DNA of 59,341 nucleotides from Neovahlkampfia damariscottae (taxonomy: Eukaryota), in NCBI GenBank assembly GCA_016618085.1, contig JABLTG010000038.1, positions 62,001 through 121,341 of the forward strand, written 5' to 3'. Made by a program: the position numbers and the translations under genes. The notes beneath the pieces were generated by a model. The model was not told where the DNA came from and searched no databases. It saw only the letters and a list, made by a program, of their open reading frames with translations. The stretch's first letter is position 1. The number at the start of each line of letters is the position of its first letter. Below are positions 35,528 through 48,035 of the stretch, piece after piece.

Positions 35528-38500
35528 TTATAACCAAGTTTTTTTTTCAACACCCAAAAATTCATCAGTTTCTAAACTTCTTTCATTGGATCCCAATAAT
35601 TGATGTCTAGTTCCACCAATTTTTTCACCACAATCAGGACATTTAGATTCTTCCATTGCTCCACCACATTCACCAATAAAATATAAATGACCATTTGGGC
35701 ACTTGTACCAATGACCAGAAACATGATTCTGATTCACTGCTTTCAAAATTTCTTTCTTTTCTTGATCACTTGATAAAAATTTTTTTTTGATATCAATTTT
35801 CACTTGATTGATATCATTTTGAATTGTTTTGAGAGCTTTTTGATATCTTGGTGCAAATGTGATCGCTTTATTACAATTTGGACATCTTTTGTATTGAATT
35901 TCGGCTGAAATAGGTACTTTCATATGTTGGTCTAAAGTTGAAACTAAAAATGTATGTTTGCATTCGAGTGTATAGACTAAATCATTTTCTTCCAATTCTG
36001 ATGACTTACAAAACATGACTGAATCTTCCCATTGATTTGATTCATCGTTCGTTGCATCACAAACCATACAAGGAGGACATGTTTCTCCGCATAATCCTTG
36101 ACATCTGTGATCACATTTGAGTTTCTTGGAACATCTTTTTTCACATGGATTTCGGTCACAAATTTGTGAACATTTTTTTGTGCATTTAGAATGTTCACAT
36201 TTTAATTGACAAGGTTCAATACATTGAATACATAATTCATTACATTTAAGACGACATTCAACGTGAGAACATTTGACTAAACATGGTCTTTCACATTCTG
36301 GACAATTGGAAGAACAATCATGGTTGGTACATTTATGTGAACAAAGTAAAGTTCTTTCACATTTTTTGTCACATGGTTGATGATCTTCTGTGCAAGAGCC
36401 ACAATTACCAGGACATAAATGTCCACAGCCAAGTTTCTAAACATTAGCAAACGAAATATGAACTTACTTTGATACAAGGATTGGTGCAGATAGGTTTCGT
36501 TCCACAGGTGTATTTGAAATCTTTATCACATATTTTGCAATGAGCTGTTAATTTTGCAGTACATGCTCCACATTCTCCATTTTCTTTACATTTGAAACAT
36601 TCTTGAGTGCATAAATGAGAACATTTTAACCTTTTTTTGCATTGGGATTTACATTCTAAATTATTGACATTTGAAGAGCATTTTACATTTATGGAATGTT
36701 TACAGTCAGTGAATTGGAATTTCACAATTTTTTGACATTGAGGACATGTCTTTCCAAGATGACATTTTACTTGACATTCATGTCCACAATCTAAATCTTT
36801 TGAACATTTTTTTTGACATTTTATTGTGGCATGTTCAGGATCTTTTGCATGACATAATCTACCACATGTATGTCCACAGTCCAATTGATAATTGCACGAT
36901 GAACTACAACCTCCCAAATTGACAGCAAGTAAATCCTTTGCAGTTTTGATTTTTGTGATTGTTTCTGGGTGATTCGGACATTGGAGCTCTAAAGTTTTGG
37001 ATAATAGATCATTCTCTTGAAAATATTGAAGTACTTGATACCAATCATCATTTTGACGAAATAAAGCTGAATTTCCAATAACATACAAACCATATTGAGC
37101 TCTAGATAAACTGACAATGATTCTATTTTTGATTGAAACGAAACCTGTTACATTTTCTTCATTTGATCTCACTAATGACAATAATATTATTTTATTTTCT
37201 TCTCCTTGAAAATCATCAATTGTAACAGTTCTTATTGTCATTTTTTTTGAAGCCAATTTTGTTTTAATTAATAATTGTTGACCTTTGTATGGAGTGACAA
37301 TGGTAATATCATTTTCAGTGTAATTTAATTGATTGCTCAAATAAGCACCCAAATTGCAAATATATTCAGCTTCGTAATCATTACTTTTTGAACCCAAGTG
37401 AGGTGACTCTGTTTCTTTATGATCATGAGTGATGAATTGAAGATTTTTCACCATTCCTTCAATGTTTGGAAATTTCATCACACAAGGATGATCTTCAAGT
37501 CCTTCATAGAAATTTTTCATAATTGCAGAAATTTCAGGTCTCATTCTTTTTTGTGTTAGTAATGTAGAAATTGAGAAATTTCTTTTAACTAATCTTTCAA
37601 AAAGACTGATTGAAAAATTGTAATTTTTTTCAAGATTGTATGAATTCACTTTTGGTCTGAGTTGTTGTTCATCTCCAATCATGATCATGTGTTGAATACT
37701 ATCATGTAAACATGCTACCATTTGACATTCTAAAAGTTCAGCAGCTTCTTCAAAAATGTAGACTGGTGCCTTCAAATATTGAAAAAGTTGGCGACTAACT
37801 GCAGCACGTGAACTGGTTAAACCTATGATTGGACAATCTCTTAAAATTTCAAATGTTTGTTGATCATGAGTTTGTTGTTTTTTACAATTCAACTCTTTCA
37901 TTTCAGTGATTATTGTTGAAATTTCACCTTTGAGATGATCAAATATATTTTGACGAAGTTGTTGAATCACTTTTTTTCTGAAATTTGGTTTCATTTTATA
38001 AGGACTCTTACAAAACTCCTTTTCAAAATCTTGAAAATATTTTGGGATCATATCTATTTCTGTGATTTTTTCTTCTTCATCATCATCCAATTCATCAATG
38101 ATAAAATCATCTTCAATAGCTTTTCTTTCTTTCAACAAATCATCAACTTCTTCTTTCATAATTTGATCGAGATATTCTAAATCTTCTGGATAATCTTCTT
38201 CATCTGATTCAGTTTCTTCATTTTGTTGAACCATCTTAGTTTTAGGTTGAATTTTGATAAACCCTTTCAAATCAAATTCTTCAAAAACTTCATCTTTCAT
38301 TGGTAATTCGATATCTTCTTCTTCAATAATTTCAGTTTTATCAACAAGTTCTTCTTGCAATGCATCAAAAGCATTTCCAATTCTGTTTTTCAATCCTTTT
38401 CCTTTCTTTTTTTTTGTTGCTTCAAGCAATGTCTTTTTCTTTTCTTTTTCCTTTCCATTCAACCAAGTGAAAACTGCGTCATGATCATTCAAATTGAATA

Positions 38501-40727
38501 CAAGATTATCTTGTTTTAAAACGTTTATGGAAGATAGAAACTTTGGCATGCAGCGAAATAATGCAACATCATTTTTCAATTTCTCTAAAAGAGTCCAAGA
38601 AGATTCTAGTCTTGTTTTCAAATTTCTAAGATTCTTTCTCAATTCCCATTCCGTTTCAAACCGACCTGATATTTTGTTGAGATTTCGGCTGATTAATTTT
38701 TGATTCTCTGTCTTTGATCTTCCTCCAATACGAACTAATTTAGGAACTTCATCAATTAATCCTTCTAAAAATTGATCTAATGCATGATTGGTGTAACAAA
38801 TAATCACTATTGGTGCATTTATTTTTTTGACCAATAATTTTGCAATTTTGATGCCAATAAATGTTTTTCCTGTTCCAGGTGGTCCTTTAATAATGGAAAT
38901 TCTTGAATTAAGTGTGTTCTTTAACGCATTACTTTGACTTTTGTCTAAGATTAAATTTGAATTATTTTCATCAATCCATTCTTTCACAACATCAATCTTA
39001 ACTTTTTTGTTTTGTGATTTCATCAAACAAGTTATGTCTACAATTGGATTTTCTTTGATGTAATTTGGGATATCAATTTCAGTTTTTTGACCTAAAAGAA
39101 GTTCTTGGAATGGCAGTGCTTCAAATGATTTCAAAGTTGTCAAAACAGGACCAATTGAATTGAAATAACATGGGCATTCTATGATGATATAAGTTTTTAA
39201 TAAATCCACTAATTCAATATTTCCAATAATATCAATATCAATTGTCATCTTTCCAATGGCATCTCTGTCTTGAACTATTCCAATGATTGGTTCGCATTTG
39301 AAAATTTTCTTTTTATCATCTATTTGTGGAAATAACAACACTAATGACCCATAAGTGAATACTCTTGACTTTTCCAAACGATCAGCTTTGATATTTGATT
39401 GAAATTTAAGAGAAAATAACGGAACACTCTTTTCAGCACTAATTTTCACAATTTCAGCATTTGTGAAAACTGGAAGATCTCTTGTCTTTATTTTTTCATT
39501 CTTTGAATACTTTTCCATTCCTTCACGAAGTGTGGAAACATAATCTTCTTTTAATAAATTGAAATGAGTTGAAACATAATCATTCAATGAATTCCAACTT
39601 CTCAAGATGTTATTAGCGACTAAATTTTTGTTCTTTTGTGTTAAATTTTCCATTGTTGGATAAATTGAAATTTGTTTGATATTCTCACCATCCAAATTTA
39701 CAGTTTTCTTATTTTCTTTGATAGATTGTTCTTCAATTAAGCAATGTTCTTTTAAATCTTTTAACTTGTTCATTGACTCATTTAAATCGAAGTTATTGAA
39801 ACTTTGAATCCTCTTTTCTAAATTTGATAGTTGAATCATGAATCCAAAATGTGAAATTTTCTTCAAACAAAATTCATAAAGTTTGATAATGTTAGGAGCA
39901 GTATTTTTTGACAACCCTTGAATAATGTATTTTTGAATTGAAATATTGATAAATTGACTGTGAATAAAGCTTGAAATAACTTCGTTAGTTCGATATTCAA
40001 CAACTGACATTGTAAAAGCATCAGAAGTTAATAAATCAACGACAGATTGACATAAACTAAAAGGCAAGAAGTATTTATAATCTAGTAACGCTTGAAACAC
40101 ATAACTCTTTGATAATTTGGTTGACAGATCATCTTTTTCATTTTTCATTTTTTGAATGAATTTATTAAATGAAAATTCATTTCCAACAAATTTTTTTGGT
40201 GCTTTTGGTTTTTTCTCTTCAATTTTCACTTTGGATTCAACTTTCATGGTTTGAAATTTTTGCAAAAAATCTTCCTCCAGTTCATCATCTTTTTTGGTAA
40301 AAGTTATTTCACTTTGAATAATATTTGTGGTAAACTGTCTTCTATTTAAATTTGTACCAAGTTTTTCTATTTTCTTAATGACTGAACTTTTTTTTCTGAA
40401 AAATTCTTTTGATTCAATTGTGCGAAGGAATTTATTCATTTTCAGGATAGTTTTGTCATCTATTTGAACAGAAGTGCTTTTCTTGTCAAAGGTACATAAA
40501 GGTTGTTCATCTTTTAATTCTTTTCCAACTTGATGTCCATTTATGCAGTACAGATTTTTTAAAAGTTTTGGTTCTGTTTTTGTTTCTTGTTCTGAAGGTT
40601 CTTTCTTTGTAACTTGGCAACTTGGTGAAAAAATAACGGGTGTTCTACTTTCAGCAAGTACAAAAAGTTGAGATCCAAAAGTTCCTATTGTCGTGTTACA
40701 CTTGAGGCAGACTAGTTTCGGTTTCAT
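35528..40727 (-). CDS. ZNFX1: ZNFX1-like SF1 (UPF1-family) RNA helicase with NFX1 zinc fingers, RING-like region and RZ finger
   Basis: GPPGTGKT, CYTNHALDQFLE, EEAAE, IGDEQQLRP, TIDDFQGEE, LSRAQYG; Cys/His repeats; HWYKCPNGHLYFIGECGGAMEESKCPDCGEKIGG; intron 36437-36467. Confidence 0.93.
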
Positions 40728-41046
40728 TGAAAAGAAATTGTGATTGGTCAATTATTTAAAAAATCTTGAAAATTTTTTGGAATTTTCCAGTTTCAAATAC
40801 TTCTGAGAGAATTATCAATTCCATCATTTTATCAAACATAAAAACTGATTTTGAAATCATAATTAACTGATTGTTTTATAGAAAAACAAAGTTCTAGTTA
40901 TGCTGGATCATGTTCTGTTTCACTATCAGAAAATTTCTCTTCCATGTATTTCATAAATTTTTCCATTTTTTCTTTTTCAATTTTTATTAGTTCTTTCAAG
41001 TTGAAATCCCATTTTCTACTTCTTTGGCCATTTGAAACAAATTGAA

Positions 41047-41265
41047 TCACTCTAAAGATTTTTTCCAATGTCTTATTTTTATAGATACTTCCTGTTCCAT
41101 AACAGTTTCTTGCTCCAATGTTGAAATATTAAAGCATAAGTCACTGATGCTATCAATCGTAAATTCAATATTATTCCATGTGTATGATTTAGGTGAGTTT
41201 TTTACAATAGAAAATACTTCTTCTCCATTTTTGCAAATAACCTCTGTTACCAGGTTCAAGTTCAT
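41047..41265 (-). CDS. Small hypothetical protein (may extend toward ~40900)
   Basis: 72-aa ATG ORF with CCAAT just upstream (attgg ~41270). Confidence 0.35.
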   Translation of the reverse strand: MNLNLVTEVICKNGEEVFSIVKNSPKSYTWNNIEFTIDSISDLCFNISTLEQETVMEQEVSIKIRHWKKSLE

Positions 41266-41327
41266 TTTGATTGGTTGTTGTCTTCGGGATCAAAAAAAAA
41301 TTTATTTCAAAACTGCCTTCTATTCAT

Positions 41328-42396
41328 CTATTTTTTTGTTAAATCTTTGATGGTTTCAAAATTTTGTTTGAATTTTGCATCTTGGGCATCTATTGAAGTT
41401 CTTCTTACAAAATCAGCCAATCCAGAGAACAATGCTTCACTATTTCTTCTATCAATGCTATCCCTTCTGAAATAAAAAGACATTTCTGTGCTATTTTTGC
41501 GACCCTTTTGGTCCACACTAGTAGTTTCAATTTTTGCAGCACTATTCTTTCGGTCAAGTGTGAATGTAATTGCTTCACTTTCAAGATCACAATTTTCATT
41601 TCCTTGATCAGTTGATTTTGATTCATACCATTGATGTTCACTATTTGGAAATGTCCATGGTGTTGGTGAGTGGGCCAACTTGAGTAATGATTCATTGAAG
41701 TATAGTGATGTGAATGGACTTGGAAAGTTTAGCGTTTCAAATTGAACTTACTTTTTATCCTTGAGTACATTTTCCTCTACATTTTCATTTGGAGGTGGAA
41801 AAATTACTTCATTTGGTATCATTTGCTCTTCTTGCTTCATTGGTTCTTCCAAATCTTGAAAATCATTCAGACTAAAATTTTTGAAGATCAACTCTTGCGT
41901 TTGTGAAAAGTTCATCACAGGAGATGAACTTCTTCTTGTTTTTCTTTCTTTTTCTAATGTTAAAGGTCTGTTCATCCCATGTCTGCTCCAGTACAATCCT
42001 AAAGAAATAAGTTCAAATTTAAATTGTTCAAACCACATTTGTTACAGAGGACTTTCTTTCCTTCTCCTTTCCTCCATAATGGTGATGTTTCACAATTACA
42101 ATTTGCACAACAAACATTCTTGGAATTTCTTTTACTTGGTCTTCTTTTCCTTTCCGGTTTATAGGTTTGACTCCTTCCATTATTCCCAGAATTCAAAGTT
42201 TTTGGTGGTAATGGTACTTTTAATGATGAATTTAAATTTTGTACATAGGGATTTTTCATTGCTAGTGGTTTGAAATTGAAGAATGGATTGAAAGTATAAT
42301 GTGATGGAACAGGTGCTTGAATTTCAATCTAGGTATTATTAATTTTTAAGTTTTCCTAACTTCTTCACAGTCGTTTTGTTGTCCTTTCTCTGTCAT
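41328..42396 (-). CDS. GATA zinc-finger transcription factor, spliced
   Basis: CANCNCETSPLWRKGEGKKVLCNKCG|LYWSRHGMNRPL. Confidence 0.88.
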
Positions 42397-42498
42397 ATTT
42401 TGATGGCTTCAAGTAGATCTGTGCAAAAGTGGCTGTTTTATCCAATCAAATTATTTTAACTGCCCAATCAGGATGGAAACTTTTACTAAAATTGGACA

Positions 42499-44504
42499 TT
42501 AGATCGAATCAATAAAACAATTTTGCATATATTAAGTAATTTCAAAATAGAACTAAATTCTGATGCTACTTGATGTCTAAATAAATTATTTGATGTGTTT
42601 TGACTTTCTTCCAGATTTGTAGATGAAGATTCCAAAATTCAGTCGAATAGGCCACCTAGCACAATTAGATTATACAACATTGTTACCAAATTTTCTCATT
42701 TAGAAGTAAATTCATCAAAGGATATAGTTCATTTGATTCATTCATGAACTTCAAACTTATTTTGGGATTCATTAAAATTGACAAAGAAATATTTGCATTT
42801 TCATATTTTGATAGTAACTTTGATTCATTTTTTATGTATTTCAATTCTTTTTTCAACATTACATCTTGTATTTTTGATAGAGATATTTTGGCATATTTTA
42901 TCGTTGTTGAATTTGTCTCGTAACTCAAAAATTCTGCAATCAGACCAAGTTTTATGTCATCCAAAATCACCTAATAAAAAGTTATTTCTCTCCAAAAAAT
43001 CAAACATTCGATAAAATTTCATGATTTTCATTACAAATCCAATAAATTGAAATAGAAAATATTAAGTTGAAAATTTCAAAATATTTCGTTTCTTTTTCGT
43101 TCCATTGATACATTTTCTAAAAGAAAGAATAAACAGAATAAATCTTACAAAAATTTTGTAAAGTAAATCTATGACTTTTAAATTGTTCTGAAAAAATTCA
43201 GGAAAATTGCTTTGTATGAAATCCTCATTTTCTACTTTTAAAAACTCATTAAAAATTGGTTTTTTCAATGAAAAATGAATCATTGATATCAACAAAATAA
43301 CCACTTTATCAAAAGAAATATATGATTCAATACTGTCCAAAAATTTGAAAATGTTGTCCAGAATTTGATTCGTATTCTGAAAACTTTGTTTCGAATCATA
43401 TTGAAAGTTATATTTTTTTATAAGATTTAACAATGAAATTCCAATGTCTTTATATCTATCATCAACCAAAAACTCCAATTTTGAGGTCAACAGTCGAAGT
43501 AATTTCAAATCCATTAAAATATCAACTTTGGATAGGATTGATGTTGAAATTTGAAATGTTTGTAATTCAAATGTGCTCATATTCTTGATGTTTTTAATTT
43601 ATTTAAATTTTACCTTTTTTGATGATGTCACAGTGGACAATAAAATTTTGGTAATTTCTTTTGAAATTTTTAGAGAATCAATAGGACATTCCTTGGAATT
43701 CAATGTTTGATTGATTAAGGTTAAATTTTGAATTAAACTGGAATCATTTTGTAATTTTTTCCATGAAAATGAATTAATATCAATCGTTTTTTCTTCAACT
43801 AGATCATTGGTTATGATTGAATGTTGATAAAAAACGGTTACTAAAATGTTCATTGCTTGCTTTTTCAAGTTTTCAGAGAAATTCATTTTTAATATTTGAA
43901 TGATAAAATAAAATATTTGAGCATCAAAAATTTCTTTTTCTTTTATGAAATTTAATAAAATTCCAACTTTAATTTCATCAAGTAAATTAACTTTTTCAAA
44001 AATTTTCTTAACTAAAATTCTCTGTAGTTTTTTTATATTCTGATGTTTTGAAGTTAAAAAAATAAAATTTCTGAAGTAAAAATCAAAATCCTCAGACTTG
44101 ATCAGTTCTTCAAAATTCTTTTTCATCCAAAATAGATAAGCAATATTCCAAAAATTTGAGTTTTCCTTTTTCATAACTTTAATTATTTTTTTGGTCATTT
44201 CATCTTTGATTTTACACTTTTTTAGGTTAATTATAAAATAATTCTTCATTTTTTGAGGCAGTTTAAATTCGAATTTCTCGAAAGACATAAAAAATAAATC
44301 AAGTAACTCTGTTATGTTCATTTCATTATTTTTGTGAAACTTTTCGATGAAATATGGTGAAAAAAATAATACTTGAAATAATAAAGCAAGTTTTTTTGAG
44401 TATCCATAATGAGAAGCAATTGAATTTTTTAATTTTTTCACAGATTGTGTGAATTCCAATCCATTCTTCATCAAAAAATGAATATAAGAAATTTCCTCTT
44501 CCAT
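42499..44504 (-). CDS. Hypothetical alpha-helical protein, multi-exon
   Basis: Chain of same-strand ORFs (43599-44504, 43062-43580, 42683-42970) separated by intron-like gaps; exact splice sites uncertain. Confidence 0.55.
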
Positions 44505-44747
44505 TGTGAATTATTATAAATTAGAAAAGCAGTCACTTGTTCGATTGGAATAGTCTTCTTGGACGAAACGAATTTTGTTCTTGTGAAGGTTAAAAATAAT
44601 TCTGATTGGACAACCTAAGAAATAAAAGATCACTTCATTTCTTGATCAAATTTTATATTTTCATCATATTTTTCAATTTTAATTTTTTAAATGAAACTGT
44701 CCAATCAAATCACTTCGTCTCTGCTTTTAATTCTGAACAAATACACC

Positions 44748-46383
44748 ATGGGTAAAAAAGATAAAGCGACCAAAGAAATCAAAGGAACAGGTAATTAAAT
44801 TAAAAACTAAAAACAAGATCATCATTTAAAATCTGAAAACACACCAAAACTTGATACTTCAACATGGCCACTTTTACTTAAAAATTATGACCAACTTAAC
44901 ATTCGTTCAGGTCACTTTACACCAATTCCACATGGAAATTCACCTTTAAAAAGACCAATTGAAGAATATTTAAAATATGGTGCTATCAACCTTGACAAAC
45001 CTGCAAATCCTTCATCTCATGAAGTTGTTGCTTGGATCAAAAAAATTTTGAAAATTGAAAAAACAGGACACTCTGGTACATTAGATCCTAAAGTTACAGG
45101 TTGTTTAGTTGTTTGTTTGAACAGAGCAACAAGACTTGTTAAATCACAACAAGGTGCTGGTAAAGAATACGTTGCTATTTTAAAACTTCATTCACCACTT
45201 GATGATGTCAAAAAATTAGAAAACGTAAATCAAAACAATCTGTTTAACCATTTTTTTTAAAAGGCTATTGACATGTTCACTGGTGCTTTATTTCAAAGAC
45301 CTCCTGAAGTTTCAGCTGTCAAAAGACAATTAAGAGTTAGAACTGTTTATGAAAGTAAATTCATTGAATATGATAAGAAACAAAACATGTCTGTTTTCTG
45401 GGTCAGTTGTGAAGCTGGTACTTATATCAGAACTTTATGTGAACATTTAGGACTTTATCTTGGAACTGGTGGTGAAATGGAAGAACTTAGAAGAGTTAGA
45501 TCAGGAAACTTAACAGAAAAAGTAAAAAAGAAAAAAAAAAAGATTTAACATTTTTTCACACAGGAACATTTATTCACATGTCATGATGTATTAGATGCTC
45601 AATATGTTTTTGAAAAAGAAAAAGATGAAAGTTATTTAAGAAGAGTTATTAAACCACTTGAATTTTTATTAGTCAAAAATAAAAGAATCATCCTCAAAGA
45701 CTCTGCAGTCAACGCGATTTGTAAAAAAAAAAAATTAACACTTTTCTTTATTAGGTTATGGTGCTCAATTGATGATTCCAGGTTTACTTAGATTTGATTC
45801 AGGTATTGAAGCTGGTGAAGAAATTGTTATTACTACAACAAAAGGAGAAGCTGTTGCATTAGCATACGCTGTTATGACAAGTCATGTTATGGCTACAGCT
45901 ACACGTGGAGTTGTTTGCAAAATTAAAAGAGTTATTATGGATAGAGATACATATCCAAGACAATGGGGTCGTGGTCCTGTTACAACACTCAAAAAAAAAC
46001 TCATTGCTGCTGGACAACTTGATAAGTATGGAAAAACAAATGAAAATACACCAGAAGTTTGGACTACAAATTATACTGATTATTCTGCTAATAAATGGTT
46101 TTATGAACAAAGAGAAGAAATTGAAAAAGCATTGAACGGTCAAGCATCATCAACTAAATCAACAAAAATTGTTGAAAAGAAAGAAGAAGAAAAAAAAGTT
46201 GTCGAAGAAAAGAAAGAAGAAAAAGAAGAAAAGAAAGAAAAGAAAGAAAAGAAGGAAAAGAAGGAAAAAAAAGACAAAGAAGAAAAAAAAGAAAAAAAAG
46301 AAAAGAAAGAAAAGAAAGAAAAAAGAAAAAGAGATGATGAAGAAGGTAGTGAAAAAAAAAAGAAAAAAAAAGACAAAAAATAA
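44748..46383 (+). CDS. DKC1: Dyskerin / H/ACA pseudouridine synthase Cbf5
   Basis: [54 protein letters not shown] domain, KKE/KEK tail. Confidence 0.98.
46171..46380 (+). repeat. Coding A/G-rich low-complexity repeat (KEK tail of dyskerin)
   Basis: Repeated AAAGAAAAG units. Confidence 0.85.
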
Positions 46384-46478
46384 AATTTGAAACTTTTTAA
46401 TGGATATTTTGCTCACACAAAACTTCCATTTTCGAATCACCAATCAAAATATTCTCAGTTTTTAACTGCAAAAAAAAA

Positions 46479-47757
46479 ATGGGACAGCTTTATGCATATT
46501 TGATAACTCCTCCAATACAACAACGTAATTTTATTTTTTTTATTTATCTCTTGAATAGAATATTTAATGAATGAATCTGTTCCAACGACTAAAAAAATAA
46601 AACACTCTAAAAAACCGAATTACAACATTTTGTTATTAGGTTCAACAGAAACTGGGAAAGTAATCGAAAATTGTTTCATAATTTTTTTTTAGACAACTGT
46701 ATTGAATCATATGCGAATGTGTTCAGGTATTTCAGATAAATTCAACGGAAGAGTATTTTATGAAAATCCAAAAGATGGTTTGAATATTTAAATATTATTT
46801 AAGTTAATATAAAGATTTGTCTTTCTCTGAAAAAGAGTTATTAGTTTACAAAAAATACATTGACGAAAATATATTTCAAACAACAAAAGTATGCCTTCAA
46901 ACCATCAGAAAATACAATGAATCTTTTGTTAATCCTGAAAACGAAGTAAAATATGATTTCACTAATTTTTTAAAAGACATTTTGCGACGAATTTTTGAAA
47001 TTTCCAGATTTCAAAATTTTCGATGAAGTTGGGTTGTCTCATCAAATTATAAGGTCTTTATCTGTATTATGGGATGAAAATATAATGCTTTTAACACTGA
47101 AAAAATATCAAGATGTTGATTTTAATTTATCTGATGGTGTTTCATAGTAAGAGCTTGCAATTCAAAAATTGAATTTTTAATAGCCTCGTTAAACCTGAAA
47201 ATATTGTTCGTTTTTCATCAAGACATCCACAGATTGTTCAAGAAGATATTCTTCACTTGTACAGAAAGACAAATGTGGTCTCGAAAACTAGATTTGAATT
47301 TGATTCGTTAAATTTTGTGTTCATAGATGTTGGTGGAAAATTATTTGATCAAGTTTCAAAATCTGAAAAAATAATTGATTCTTCAAAAGGAAGAGTTGTA
47401 ATTTATGTCATTTCGTTATCAGAATATAATCAAAATTCAACAAAAAATATCGGAAAAACAAAGATGGATGATTCATTGGCTCTATTTGAAAAAATAGTAT
47501 CAATGAAAAGTTTAGAAGATGTTCCATGGTTAATTCTTTTTAATAAGGTTGATGTTTTTGAATCAAAATTGGATCAATTTGATTTAAGGTATTATTTCGA
47601 GTATTATCATGAAAAAGATGATCCTGTTGAATTTATAACACGTCAATTTTTATCAAAAGCCAAACATTTGATTTATGAATATAAAGTCATGAGTGCTTTT
47701 GATCAAAATTCTGTTGTTGATATCATACAGAAAATGGAGGAAAAATTGAACCTTTGA
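46479..47757 (+). CDS. Divergent heterotrimeric G-protein alpha subunit, 5 introns
   Basis: MG N-terminus; GSTETGK|TT, YRKTNV, DVGGK, YVISLSEYNQ, ILFNKVD, SAFD; introns 46525-46558, 46660-46692, 46778-46814, 46946-46976, 47147-47183. Confidence 0.85.
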
Positions 47758-48035
47758 AAAAATATGAGGATAAAAATTTTGTTGAATTTTATGATTGGAA
47801 TATAATGGAATTGTTTCATTTGTCAACTTTAGACACAAAAATGACGAGGTACAAATTTTGTTACCAGGGGTGTTGATTTTCAAGGGTCATGTTTGTGGAT
47901 ACAAAATTATGCGTATTTTAGCTGAAGAGTTTTGATTTTTAAATTTAATTTTCTTTTATCCAAATTAAGAAGTCTGTTTTCACCAAATAAGTACAAAGAA
48001 CCATTTCGATTGGTCAGCTATCTCCAAAAAAAATA

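Noticed and set aside
46140..46443. Phe/Ser-rich and Lys/Arg-rich ORFs
   Set aside because: Antisense and alternate-frame shadows of the dyskerin KEK tail
47838..47927. Possible C/D snoRNA (ATGACGA...CTGA)
   Set aside because: Imperfect box C, no terminal stem and no rRNA guide I could verify
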